NCBI GenBank assembly: GCA_041398345.1
Contig: JAWKUY010000004.1
Coordinates: 125,026 to 189,025, forward strand
DNA: 64,000 bases
Direction of reading: 5' to 3'
Source: Hyphomonadaceae bacterium
Lineage (GTDB): Bacteria; Pseudomonadota; Alphaproteobacteria; Caulobacterales; Aquidulcibacteraceae
Below are positions 40,508-50,276 of the stretch, one piece after another (the first letter of the stretch is position 1; every line of letters begins with the position of its first letter). Position numbers and translations under genes: made by a program. The notes beneath the pieces were generated by a model that did not search any database, was not told the origin of the DNA, and saw only the letters and a list, made by a program, of their open reading frames with translations.

Positions 40508-40966
40508 TCAGTCGGAAAAAATGACTTCAACAGGACCAAGAGGCCCGTTGTTTGCGCTGCCGTACGCGCCCAAAGCGCCTTCAATCAGATCGCGCTCTCG
40601 CTCTACAGCCGCCGCACCCACACAACCATTCACGGCGTGGACCTTGAAAACTTGGCGACACTCAAGGTGACCGTTCGAAGTGCGCCCACCGGTGTTCTCT
40701 ATCGACAGAGTCTCACCCCAAAACTGTATGGGGGCCTGCGTAGCATGCCTGAGAATAAAGCGCGAATAGCCGGGCCCGGTTGTTTCGTCGAACAACTCCC
40801 ATCCGCTATCAGGATCCCAAGTTCGCTTCATCTTATAGTCGGATTGGAATGCCACGATATCCTCGCTCGACACTGTTCTTGCAGGCATCTGCACAATCAA
40901 CTGCTGCACGCTTTCGCCACTGTAATCGCGACTCATGATGGCGCAACCATCACCTGCAACAAACAA
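40508..40966 (-). CDS. Hypothetical protein, candidate immunity protein
   Basis: 152-aa lower-GC ORF between hlyD' and the toxin-like ORF, same strand, 20 bp gap to the toxin-like ORF. Confidence 0.55.
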   Translation of the reverse strand: MFVAGDGCAIMSRDYSGESVQQLIVQMPARTVSSEDIVAFQSDYKMKRTWDPDSGWELFDETTGPGYSRFILRHATQAPIQFWGETLSIENTGGRTSNGHLECRQVFKVHAVNGCVGAAAVERERDLIEGALGAYGSANNGPLGPVEVIFSD

Positions 40967-41005
40967 TCAAATGCGCATTCTTCGCCGCCGCGCCACAGTT
41001 TCCCA

Positions 41006-41560
41006 TCACCTTTCCCTCCCCGCTTCTTCCACGCGCCTTTGCAAGGGCGAGAGCAGAAACTCGATGATGCGGCGGCGCCCGGTTTTGATTTCCGCCGTCA
41101 CCGCCAATCCCGCCGTCAGGGCTTGCGCGCGCCCATCGACGTTAATCGAGACGTCGGCCAACTCAATACGCGCGGGGAACACCAGGCCGGTATTTTCATC
41201 TTGCACGGCGTCATGGCTTAGAAACGCCAGCCTTCCGGCGACGACGCCGTAACGCGTGAACGGAAACGCCTCCAGTTTCACCCGCACGTCCTGGCCTTCG
41301 TGAACAAAGCCGGCGTCGCGGTTCAAGACATTGGCCTCCACCACCAAAGTCGAGCCGTCGGGCACGATCACCAGGATCGGATCGGCCGGGCGCAGCACAG
41401 CGCCAACCGTGTGCACCTGCAATTGCTGCACAGTGCCGGTCGCGGGCGCGGTCAACACGGTGCGGGCGTTGCGGTCCTGCGCAATGGTGAGCTCTTCGCG
41501 GCGCAGGCGCGCGGCCGCATCGGCCTCGTTGAAGGCGTCAAGCTCAGGCCGCTTTGGAGT
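41006..41560 (-). pseudogene. hlyD: 5'-truncated HlyD type I secretion periplasmic adaptor
   Basis: LTAPATGTVQQLQVHTVGAV, KLEAFPFTRYG, EIKTGRRRIIEFLLSP; only about 185 C-terminal codons, frame closed by TGA at 41570-41572, no TM anchor. Confidence 0.85.
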
Positions 41561-41562
41561 GC

Positions 41563-41823
41563 TCAGGCCTCAGTCAAAGTCTTCAGCGCGGCCTCCAAAG
41601 CCTCGACGCGCTCACGCAGCGCATCGGCCTCAGCGCGCGCGGCGGCGGCCAATTCCTTCGCCGCCTCGAACTCATCACGGCCGACCAGGTCCATTTCCGC
41701 GACAAAACGATCAGCCTGAGCGCGCATGAAGCTCTTGGCCTCGGCGGAGGCGCCCTGCGCCATCCCCATCGCCCCCGTCATCAAACGGGCCAGATCATCG
41801 AACACCGAGCTTGTCGTTTGCAT
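41563..41823 (-). CDS. ubiK: Accessory factor UbiK family protein
   Basis: MQTTSSVFDDLARL..MDLVGRDEFEA..LRERVEALE; divergent from lgt. Confidence 0.85.
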   Translation of the reverse strand: MQTTSSVFDDLARLMTGAMGMAQGASAEAKSFMRAQADRFVAEMDLVGRDEFEAAKELAAAARAEADALRERVEALEAALKTLTEA

Positions 41824-41916
41824 GTGGACCGATCCTTTGCGCCTACTTAGAAAGCGCCGCGGGGCCGGGCAATGCGGCCAATCAGCTGAAGGTGGGCAAG
41901 CGTGATCGAAGCAGCC

Positions 41917-42951
41917 ATGCAATTCCCCAATCTCGATCCCTCGGCGCTGACGCTGCCCGGCTTTGAGCTCTTTGGCGCGCATCTGGGCCCGTTTCACCTG
42001 CGCTGGTACGCGCTCGCTTACATTGCGGGCCTGGTGTTGGGCTGGCGCTGGATGGTGTGGCTGATCCGGCGCGACAGCTTGTGGGCGCCCGGACGCCCTG
42101 CGATGAGCGTGCCCCAGGCTGACGACTTCCTGTTCTGGGCGACGCTGGGCGTCATCCTGGGCGGGCGCGTCGGTTACGTGCTCTTCTACAAGCCCGACAT
42201 GATCTGGAAGCATCCCGCCGAGCTCATCCAGATCTGGCAGGGCGGCATGAGCTTCCATGGCGGGCTCATCGGGGTGGCGCTCGCGGCGCTCTGGTTCACG
42301 CGCCAAAAGCACGTCAACGAAGAGCAATACGCCAAGCTGGCCGCCAAACACGCTGTTGAAAAAGCCCCTGCTGGAGAAGGCGGCAAGTACGAACGCTTCG
42401 GCGAGGGCAAATGGATTTTGAAAACCGAAGCCGAAGCCGCGCGCGAAAAATCGCGCAGCGACAGCGTTGACCTTTTGCGCCTGGGCGATCTCGCCGCGGC
42501 GGCGGCGCCGCTCGGGCTCTTCTTCGGACGCATCGCCAATTTCATCAACGGCGAGCTGTGGGGCCGCGTCACCGGCGGCCCGTTCGGCATGATCTTCTGC
42601 AATGACCGCATCATCGCGCAGAACGGCTTTTGCCCGGCGGGCGATGAACCGCGCTACCCCAGCCAATTGTTCGAAGCGGCGCTCGAAGGGATTGCGCTGT
42701 TCACCATCATCAACATCGCCACGCTCAAGTTCGATACGCTGCGCCGGCCCGGCATGAATGTTGGCATTTTCCTGGTGTGCTACGGGCTCTTCCGCGCCAT
42801 CTTGGAAACCGTGCGCGAGCCCGATGCGCACATGCCCGAAGCGCTGCGCGGAATTATCACCATGGGCATGCTGCTCTCCATCCCGATGATCATCGCCGGC
42901 GCCTGGCTCATCTACCGCGCGCTGAAGCGCCCGAAACTGGCCGCGGCGTGA
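41917..42951 (+). CDS. lgt: Prolipoprotein diacylglyceryl transferase
   Basis: RWYALAY, GGRVGYVLFY, GGMSFHGG, GRIANFINGELWGR, PSQLFEA. Confidence 0.95.
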   Translation: MQFPNLDPSALTLPGFELFGAHLGPFHLRWYALAYIAGLVLGWRWMVWLIRRDSLWAPGRPAMSVPQADDFLFWATLGVILGGRVGYVLFYKPDMIWKHPAELIQIWQGGMSFHGGLIGVALAALWFTRQKHVNEEQYAKLAAKHAVEKAPAGEGGKYERFGEGKWILKTEAEAAREKSRSDSVDLLRLGDLAAAAAPLGLFFGRIANFINGELWGRVTGGPFGMIFCNDRIIAQNGFCPAGDEPRYPSQLFEAALEGIALFTIINIATLKFDTLRRPGMNVGIFLVCYGLFRAILETVREPDAHMPEALRGIITMGMLLSIPMIIAGAWLIYRALKRPKLAAA

Positions 42952-43991
42952 GCCTCACCCAGAAGCTGATCGAGCACATCCGCGACAACGGCCCGATGAC
43001 GGTCGCGGAATTCATGGCCGCATGCCTCTACGATCCCGAGGATGGCTATTACGCCACGCGCCCCGGCATCGGCGGCGAGAGCGCCGATTTTCTCACTGCG
43101 CCCGAAGCCAGCCAGATGTTCGGCGAACTGCTCGGGCTTTGGTGCGCGCACGAATGGGAAGCGCTGGGCAGGCCCGCCTTCAATCTGATCGAACTTGGCC
43201 CCGGGCGCGGCGTGCTGATGCAGGACGCATTGCGCGCGACGCGCTCGATCGAGGGCTTTCACGAGGCCGCGAGCGTTACGCTGGTCGAAACCAGCGACCC
43301 CTTGCGCGGAGAGCAGTCCGAGCGCGTACCCGGCGCCGAGTGGGCGCCGCGCATCGAAGACGCCCCGCCGGGACCATCGCTAATCATCGGCAACGAATTT
43401 CTCGATTGCCTGCCGATACGCCAGTTCTTCAAGAGCGAAGATGGCTGGCGCGAGAAACTCGTCGGCCTCGATGAGAGCGAACGCTTGACCTTCGGCCTCA
43501 GCGCCGCCCTGCCCGCTCCCGACAGCGAAGATGAGCCCGGCGCCGTGCGCGAAATCGCGCCGGGCCTCGAAAGCATCATCTACGAAATTGAGCGCCGCCT
43601 GCACGAAGCGCCAGGGCGGGCGCTGTTCATCGACTATGGCTATGCGCATCCCGAGGGCGCCGACACGCTGCAGGCGCTGCAGCGGCACAAGAAAGTCGAT
43701 CCGCTGACCGCGCCAGGCGAAGCTGACCTCACCGCCCACGTCGATTTCGCCCGCATCGCCCAGCTGGCGGGCGAGGCCGGTCTCGCGGTGCACGGGCCGA
43801 TCACCCAGGCGGCGTTCCTGCGCGGGCTTGGCATCGAGGTGCGCGCGGAATCGCTGGCGCGCGCCAACCCCGCGCACGCTGAACAGCTTAAGCGGCAGCT
43901 CCACCGCTTGACGCATGAGGACGCGATGGGCGCATTGTTCAAAGTGATATGTCTGTCCAGCCCCAACCTGCCGCCGCCAGCCGGATTTTGA
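42948..43991 (+). CDS. SAM-dependent methyltransferase, MidA/NDUFAF7 family
   Basis: GYY..DFLTAPEASQMFGE, ELGPGRG, NEFLDCLP, IDYG, DLTAHVDF. Confidence 0.9.
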   Translation: MSLTQKLIEHIRDNGPMTVAEFMAACLYDPEDGYYATRPGIGGESADFLTAPEASQMFGELLGLWCAHEWEALGRPAFNLIELGPGRGVLMQDALRATRSIEGFHEAASVTLVETSDPLRGEQSERVPGAEWAPRIEDAPPGPSLIIGNEFLDCLPIRQFFKSEDGWREKLVGLDESERLTFGLSAALPAPDSEDEPGAVREIAPGLESIIYEIERRLHEAPGRALFIDYGYAHPEGADTLQALQRHKKVDPLTAPGEADLTAHVDFARIAQLAGEAGLAVHGPITQAAFLRGLGIEVRAESLARANPAHAEQLKRQLHRLTHEDAMGALFKVICLSSPNLPPPAGF

Positions 43992-44743
43992 ACACGCCGC
44001 CATCGTGGAGCGCCGCCGCGCTTGCAGGCGTAGCGCACGGCTTCTTCGGCCGCGAAGGCGGCGTGTCGCAAGGCATTTATGCGAGCCTCAACGCCGGAAC
44101 CGGCTCGCGCGATGACGCCGACGCCGTCCAAGAAAATCGCCGGCGCATCGCTGCCGCGTTCGGCGCAAATCCGGACCACCTCATCGGCGTGCATCAGGTG
44201 CATTCGGCGAACGCCGTTTTCGTTGATGCGCCGTGGAGCGGCGAACGCCCTCACGCCGACGCATTGGTGACGGCGACGCCCGGACTAATTCTCTCGGTGC
44301 TCACCGCCGATTGCGCACCGGCTCTGCTCGCCGATGCGCGCGCTGGCGTGATCGGCGCCGCGCACGCGGGCTGGAAAGGCGCGCTGGGCGGCGTGCTCGA
44401 AGCGACGGTATCGCTGATGCGCACGCATGGGGCTGCGCGCATCGCCGCGGCCATCGGCCCGTGCATCCATCAAACTTCATACGAAGTCGGCCCCGAATTT
44501 GAGGCCGCGTTCCTCGCGCGCGAAGCCGCCTATGCACGCTTCTTCACCGCTGGCGCAGGCGACCGCCGCCAATTCGATTTGCCCGGTTTCTGCGCCGCGC
44601 GCCTGGACGCCCTCGGGGTGGATGCAATCGAGACGCTGCGCCTCGACACCTATGCGGACGCAAAACTGCATTCGCACCGCCGCTCCGTGCACGAACGATG
44701 GGGCGATTATGGCCGCAATTGCAGCGCCATCATGCTGACATGA
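43988..44743 (+). CDS. pgeF: Peptidoglycan editing factor PgeF (YfiH)
   Basis: HGFFGREGGVS, QVHS, TADCAP, HAGWKG, GPCI, SHRR. Confidence 0.9.
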   Translation: MNTPPSWSAAALAGVAHGFFGREGGVSQGIYASLNAGTGSRDDADAVQENRRRIAAAFGANPDHLIGVHQVHSANAVFVDAPWSGERPHADALVTATPGLILSVLTADCAPALLADARAGVIGAAHAGWKGALGGVLEATVSLMRTHGAARIAAAIGPCIHQTSYEVGPEFEAAFLAREAAYARFFTAGAGDRRQFDLPGFCAARLDALGVDAIETLRLDTYADAKLHSHRRSVHERWGDYGRNCSAIMLT

Positions 44744-45510
44744 GCATTTTCGGCAAACTCGCCGCGCTGCGCGCCAAGCCTATTCCCGCGCCCGGCGACG
44801 CACATGGCTATCATGCAATTCCGATCGCCTTCGACGCCGCCGCAAACGCAGAGCCGCTCGTCGATCTCGCCCAATGCGGCATCGCGGGCCAGAATTTCTA
44901 CGCGCAAGCGCGCAATCCGCCCTACTACCAGATCATCCCCGGTTCGATTGAGGCACTGCTGGTGCGCGAAGGCGTCGCCGCACGGCTGCTGGAGGTGAAC
45001 GCACGCCTGGCCGAACACAATCTCGAGCTCTTCGTGTACGATGGCTGGCGCCCGCAGGCTGTGCAGGCCTTCTTCTACGAGCATTGGCTCCCGGACCAGC
45101 TCCGCGTGCGCAGACCCGATCTGGACGAGGAAGGCGTGCGCGCCGAGACCGGCAAGTACTGGGCTGCGCCCAGCACAAGGCGTGAGGCCCCTTCCCCGCA
45201 CGCCACTGGCGGCGCAGTCGATCTCACCATCCGCTGGCGCGGCGGCGATCCGCTCTGGATGGGTTCGCTGCTTGACGACGCCTCCGCCGTCGCCAACACC
45301 GCTCAGCTGGAAACAAACGCCGCGCCGGATGCGTTCAGCTTTTCCGATGAGGAGGCGCGCGCCAACCGGCGGTTGCTCTACTGGCTGATGACCGATGCTG
45401 GCTTCGCCTCCAACCCCACCGAGTGGTGGCATTATTCCTTCGGCGATCAGATGTGGGCCAAGCTCTCGGGCCGCCCGCAGGCGCTCTATGCCGGAACGGA
45501 AATGCGCTGA
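44740..45510 (+). CDS. M15 family D-Ala-D-Ala dipeptidase (VanX/DdpX-like)
   Basis: DGWRP, SPHATGGAVDLT (SxHxxGxAxD), EWWHY. Confidence 0.85.
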   Translation: MSIFGKLAALRAKPIPAPGDAHGYHAIPIAFDAAANAEPLVDLAQCGIAGQNFYAQARNPPYYQIIPGSIEALLVREGVAARLLEVNARLAEHNLELFVYDGWRPQAVQAFFYEHWLPDQLRVRRPDLDEEGVRAETGKYWAAPSTRREAPSPHATGGAVDLTIRWRGGDPLWMGSLLDDASAVANTAQLETNAAPDAFSFSDEEARANRRLLYWLMTDAGFASNPTEWWHYSFGDQMWAKLSGRPQALYAGTEMR

Positions 45511-45630
45511 CGCGGCGTTGCGTCGGCGCAACGGCGGCGGCGGCTGTCACGAAAATGCAGCAAAAGCTTTCGCCTTTGCCGACTCGGAGGCTAAAGGGGG
45601 GCCTCCAGGAACGCGTGGGGCCGCATTCCC

Positions 45631-46566
45631 ATGAAACTACTCGCCGCAAACTCAAACCGCGCGCTGGCTCAGGCCATCGCCGACCATCTCGACACGCCCT
45701 TGGCGCAGTCCGAGTTCAAGCGCTTCAAGGACAACGAGATCTTCGTTGAGATCCAGGAGAACGTGCGCGGCGAGGATGTCTTCATCATCCAGTCCACGTC
45801 CTATCCGGCCAACGATCATCTGATGGAGTTGCTGATCGGCATTGACGCGCTGCGGCGCGCCTCGGCGCGGCGCATCACGGCTGTGATCCCTTATTATGGC
45901 TATGGCCGCCAGGATCGCAAAGTCGGCGGGCGCACGCCGATATCGGCCAAACTGGTGGCAAACCTGATCGTCACCGCGGGCGCCAATCGCGTGCTGACGC
46001 TGGAATTGCACGCTGGCCAGATCCAAGGCTTCTTCGACATTCCCACCGACAACCTGTTCTCAACGCCGGTGCTGGAGCGCGACATCCGCGAAGCCCATAA
46101 GGATGTGAACAAGCTGATGATCGTGTCGCCCGATGTCGGCGGCGTGGTTCGTGCGCGCGCGCTCGCCAACCGGCTGGGCGCCGATCTCGCCATCGTCGAC
46201 AAGCGCCGCGAAAAGGCGGGGGTCAGCGAGGTGATGCACATCATCGGCGATGTCGAAGGCCGCGATTGCATCCTGATTGACGATATCGTCGATAGCGGCG
46301 GCACGCTCTGCAATGCAGCCGATGCGCTGTTGAAGGAAAAGGCGAAATCGGTTTCGGCCTATATCACCCACGGCGTGCTCTCCAACGGCGCCTCCAAGCG
46401 CGTGGACGAAAGCAGGCTGAAGGAGCTTGTCGTCACCAATTCGATCGATCCCGAAGGCCGCAAGTCCAAATGCCAGAAATTGCGCGTCATTTCCGTCGCG
46501 CCTTTGATGGGCGACGCGATCTGGCGCATCGCCAATGAGCAAAGCGTCAGCTCTCTGTTCGAGTAA
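45631..46566 (+). CDS. prs: Ribose-phosphate pyrophosphokinase
   Basis: [29 protein letters not shown]. Confidence 0.97.
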   Translation: MKLLAANSNRALAQAIADHLDTPLAQSEFKRFKDNEIFVEIQENVRGEDVFIIQSTSYPANDHLMELLIGIDALRRASARRITAVIPYYGYGRQDRKVGGRTPISAKLVANLIVTAGANRVLTLELHAGQIQGFFDIPTDNLFSTPVLERDIREAHKDVNKLMIVSPDVGGVVRARALANRLGADLAIVDKRREKAGVSEVMHIIGDVEGRDCILIDDIVDSGGTLCNAADALLKEKAKSVSAYITHGVLSNGASKRVDESRLKELVVTNSIDPEGRKSKCQKLRVISVAPLMGDAIWRIANEQSVSSLFE

Positions 46567-46570
46567 TGCA

Positions 46571-47107
46571 ATGCGCGTACGTGCTGCGTCTCCTGCAGAC
46601 ATTCCGGCCGCGCACGCCCTGATCGAAAGCGGCTATCGCGGCGAAAGCGCCAAGCGCGGCTGGACCCATGAGGCTGACCTGCTGGGCGGCCAGCGCACGG
46701 ACGCAGAGGCGCTTGCCGCGATCATTGCCGCGCCGGATCAGAGCTTGCTGTTGGCGGAAGATGAAGGCGCGCTCGTCGGCTGCGTGCTTGTCGCCGACAA
46801 GGGCATGCGCGACGCTGTCCGCGTCGGCTATCTCGGCATGCTGACCGTCGCCCCGGACCTGCAAGACGGCGGGCTCGGCCGGCGCCTGATCGAAGCGGCG
46901 GAGAATCACGCGCGCGGCTTTGGCGCCGATGTCATGGAAATGACAGTCATCAAAAGCCGCCGTGAGCTCATCGACTGGTATGTGCGCCGCGGCTACGCCG
47001 ATACTGGCCGTGAAGAGCCGTTCCCTGTGGGGGATCCGCGCTTCGGGGTTCCCAAAACCACCGATCTCGCATTTGTTGTGCTCTCGAAGTCATTGCACGG
47101 TTCATAG
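46571..47107 (+). CDS. GNAT N-acetyltransferase
   Basis: GWTHEADL, VAPDLQDGGLGRRL, WYVRRGY. Confidence 0.9.
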   Translation: MRVRAASPADIPAAHALIESGYRGESAKRGWTHEADLLGGQRTDAEALAAIIAAPDQSLLLAEDEGALVGCVLVADKGMRDAVRVGYLGMLTVAPDLQDGGLGRRLIEAAENHARGFGADVMEMTVIKSRRELIDWYVRRGYADTGREEPFPVGDPRFGVPKTTDLAFVVLSKSLHGS

Positions 47108-47167
47108 CCGGCGAATATTTTTGGGCGTACGCGAGTGGCGGCGGCGATCCGCGCGTCCGGTTGAGGA

Positions 47168-49486
47168 ATGGTCATGACCACAGCCACGTTCGCCCGCGCC
47201 TGGTTGCACGTTCTCATCGCGCTGACGCTGGGCGCTTGCGCATCAGGCGGCGGGGGCGGCGCAGGATCGGGCGCTGTGTCACCGCCGCCAGCGCCCGCGC
47301 CGCTGCCTCCGCCTCCTCCACCGCCGCCTCCAGTGGCCGTGCCGCCATTGCCGCCGCCAGCGGCGGTGGGAACTTTTCCGGGCAGTTCGTCGGCGGAATA
47401 CACCAACAATTGGGGTGTTGAAGGCGTCAACGCTGACGCAGCCTGGCAGTACGAGAATGCGCACGGCGAAGGCGTCCTCATCGGCATCATCGATGATGGC
47501 ATCATCTTCGATCACCCGGAGCTGCAAGGGCGGATTTCGGCGGAATCCACCGACATCGTGCCGGGCCGCAACGCGCTGGTCTCCACCAACACGCATGGCG
47601 CCGAGGTTTCCTCTATCGTCGCCGCTAATTTCAATGGCGGCCAAACGGTCGGCGTTGCTTTCGGATCCACAATCCTGGCCGTGCGCGCCGACAACGGCAG
47701 CGAAGGTTTCAACGGCGGCGATCTCGCGGCGGCGTTGGATTACGCCGTCGCGCATGGCGTGCGGGTAGTCAATTTCTCGCTTGGAAGCAGCAACCCGACG
47801 CCCGGCGTGCTGCAGGATGCCATCCAGCGCGCGACGAATGCCGGCGTCATCATCGTGGTTTCAGCGGGCAATGACGGGCCTTCGGCCACGGAGCCCAATT
47901 ATCCTGGTTTTCTTGCGACCGATCCAACTGTTGCGCATGGCCTTGTGCTGGTCGCGGGCGGCACAAATCCCGATGGCAGTTTCAACACCCGCTCCAATCC
48001 AGCCGGCAGCACGCTTCAGTATTATCTGACCGCGCCGGGCTGGGGCATCGTTGTGCCCGACTATGGTCCGCCAGGACCTCTTCCCGGGTTTCAGCGCTGC
48101 TGGCCCGATCCAAACAACTGCACCGGGCTCGTCGAAATTCAGGGCACGTCCTATGCGTCCCCGCACGTCGCCGGCGCCATCGCGATACTGATGAGCGCGT
48201 TCCCTGGTCTCACGTCGCAGCAAGTTGTGCAGATACTCCTGCAGTCGACAGACGACACAGGCGCGGCCGGCGTTGATTCAGTCACCGGGCGCGGGCGGCT
48301 CAATCTCGGTCGCGCCTTCCAGCCCATAGGCACGGTTGCAGCGCCGCTCGTCGCCGGATTGCCCCACGTAATCGCCAGCACTCCCCTCGGGGTTGTTGGC
48401 GCGGCCTTTGGCGATGGCATGAGCGATGATCCCGGCGAATGGGCCGTTGCCGGCTTTGACGCCTTTGGTCGCACTTACGCGCTAGACCTCTCCAGCAACT
48501 GGCGCCGCCCTGCGCCTGGCCCCAGCCTCATCGCCCAGGCGCCCGCGCTCTGGAGCCAAGCGCACGCCAGCATCGCCTCCATGCAGATTGCGCCGGCGGA
48601 CGACGCCATGCCGGCCTCGCTGCGCCTGCAAATATCGCGAGAGGATATCGAACGCCCCGCGGTGCGCATCCAAGCACAGCTCGCGCCTGATTTGACGCTT
48701 TCGTTCGCAGCGGACGGCGCAGACGCCGCCGCCGTCGAAACGCCCGCCTCCGGCGGTCATCTCGCCTATCTCAACGCCGATCAAACCGTGCGCCTGACGC
48801 GGGCGTTTGGCGAACGCCTGACTGTTTCGGCAGCGCTTGAAACCCGCTCGAACGACCTGCTTGCGAGTGAGCAAGCCGGGCGCTCCGCCCAGTTGATCGA
48901 CGCAACGCTCACGCTGGGGAGCAACGCGTTCACGCTTAGCTATGGCCAGATGAGGGAAGAGCGCGGCCTGCTTGGCTTAACGTGGGACGATGCGCTCGGC
49001 GGCGCATCCGCAGGCGAAGTGCGTTTCGGGGCGCTATCGGGGCAGTTCGCCCTTCCGGCGGGCTGGCGCCTGGCCCTCAGCGGCGAATTCGGCGCCGGTG
49101 CGCTGGCGCCCCGCGGCTGGTTGAGCGGCGACGTCGCGACGACCGCATTCTCGCTCGAAGCGCGCCGGCGTGCGCCGTGGCTGGGCCTGAGCGGCGATAA
49201 TTTCTTGTCGCTCTCGGTGCGGCAGCCCTTGCGGATTGAATACGGCCTTCTGAGCGCACTGCTTCCAACCGCGACCCGCTACGGGCGCGAAAGCCTGACG
49301 TACGAGCCGCGCTTGATCGACGTCACCCCGTCTGGGCGCGAACTCCAATTCGGCGTGAGCTACACGCACGCGCAATCCAATTCAGCCTCGGCATTCCTCG
49401 ACGCCACGCTCATTCACGATCCAGGGCATGTCGCCGGGGCGGACGATCAAGCGCTGGTGCGCGGCGGCTTACGGATGCGGTTCTAA
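47168..49486 (+). CDS. S8 subtilisin-like serine peptidase lipoprotein with C-terminal beta-barrel-like domain
   Basis: Lipobox LGAC, Pro-rich linker, IIDDG / THG / SAGN / GTSYASPHVAG, terminal Phe. Confidence 0.85.
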   Translation: MVMTTATFARAWLHVLIALTLGACASGGGGGAGSGAVSPPPAPAPLPPPPPPPPPVAVPPLPPPAAVGTFPGSSSAEYTNNWGVEGVNADAAWQYENAHGEGVLIGIIDDGIIFDHPELQGRISAESTDIVPGRNALVSTNTHGAEVSSIVAANFNGGQTVGVAFGSTILAVRADNGSEGFNGGDLAAALDYAVAHGVRVVNFSLGSSNPTPGVLQDAIQRATNAGVIIVVSAGNDGPSATEPNYPGFLATDPTVAHGLVLVAGGTNPDGSFNTRSNPAGSTLQYYLTAPGWGIVVPDYGPPGPLPGFQRCWPDPNNCTGLVEIQGTSYASPHVAGAIAILMSAFPGLTSQQVVQILLQSTDDTGAAGVDSVTGRGRLNLGRAFQPIGTVAAPLVAGLPHVIASTPLGVVGAAFGDGMSDDPGEWAVAGFDAFGRTYALDLSSNWRRPAPGPSLIAQAPALWSQAHASIASMQIAPADDAMPASLRLQISREDIERPAVRIQAQLAPDLTLSFAADGADAAAVETPASGGHLAYLNADQTVRLTRAFGERLTVSAALETRSNDLLASEQAGRSAQLIDATLTLGSNAFTLSYGQMREERGLLGLTWDDALGGASAGEVRFGALSGQFALPAGWRLALSGEFGAGALAPRGWLSGDVATTAFSLEARRRAPWLGLSGDNFLSLSVRQPLRIEYGLLSALLPTATRYGRESLTYEPRLIDVTPSGRELQFGVSYTHAQSNSASAFLDATLIHDPGHVAGADDQALVRGGLRMRF

Positions 49487-49492
49487 GAAAGC

Positions 49493-50131
49493 TCAGCGCG
49501 TTCCTGCCCGGCGGCGGTAGGTCAGATCCCACGTGACAGTCCACGTGTTGGTTGCGGGGTCCAACGTCTCACCCCATTGCCGGACCGTATTTGCGTCAAG
49601 CGCTTGATAATTCATGCGCGCGCGCTGACCCGGCGTCGCCCCTGGGCCTGTCCCGGCGACATCGTCGAGATACATGACGCCATTCTCAAACGTGCCTGCG
49701 TATTCGGTGCGCCGGCCCGTGGAATCCACCCAGGTCTGATGCCATCTCTGCGCATCGGCATCGTAATTGTTGATCGAGTGACCGTGGCCGCCGCCGAACG
49801 GACGCCACTCCTCCATGATGACGCATCCCTGGTCGCGCGACGTTATGGAGCTCTCAGCGACGGTTGCGCCGGTCGTTGACCCGCTCGGCGACACATCCCA
49901 TTCGCCGATCCAGAAATCGAATTGGCGGCTCTCGGGACTGACGCACCCAGCCGGGCGCTGCGGCAGAACAGCTCTTCCCTGAACCAGGCCGCGCAGGCGC
50001 GTGACCTCCTCGCGCAATTGCTGACGGCTCATTGTGCTGGGCTCTGGCGGCTGCTGGGCCTGCTGCTGGGCGGCGGCCAGCGCGGGCAGCGCGCTGAGAA
50101 CAAGGGCGGCGGCGAGCGGGCGAAGCGTCAT
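49493..50131 (-). CDS. Exported hypothetical protein (FDFWxGxW family)
   Basis: Signal peptide, QFDFWIGEWDV, WHQTWVD, TYRR. Confidence 0.75.
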   Translation of the reverse strand: MTLRPLAAALVLSALPALAAAQQQAQQPPEPSTMSRQQLREEVTRLRGLVQGRAVLPQRPAGCVSPESRQFDFWIGEWDVSPSGSTTGATVAESSITSRDQGCVIMEEWRPFGGGHGHSINNYDADAQRWHQTWVDSTGRRTEYAGTFENGVMYLDDVAGTGPGATPGQRARMNYQALDANTVRQWGETLDPATNTWTVTWDLTYRRRAGTR

Positions 50132-50276
50132 GGGCGGGCGTCCTCCAGTGACCTGTATGATCACAGATTTGACGCCCTGCGCCGACCCCAATGCGAGGAA
50201 ACGCCCCTCCCGTGCGACAAAAAATGGGACGGCAACGCGGGTGCGCGCTGCCGCCCTCAGGGGGAGAGTTCTGGAC

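Noticed and set aside
42310-42465. Intein in Lgt
   Set aside because: Too short, and lacks the N-terminal Cys/Ser and C-terminal His-Asn splice motifs.
41563-42831. 422-aa ORF as an extended UbiK
   Set aside because: Only the last 86 codons match UbiK; the rest is antisense to lgt.
47283-47360. CCG/CCT-rich tandem-like repeat
   Set aside because: Encodes the poly-proline linker of the S8 peptidase; not a DNA repeat element.
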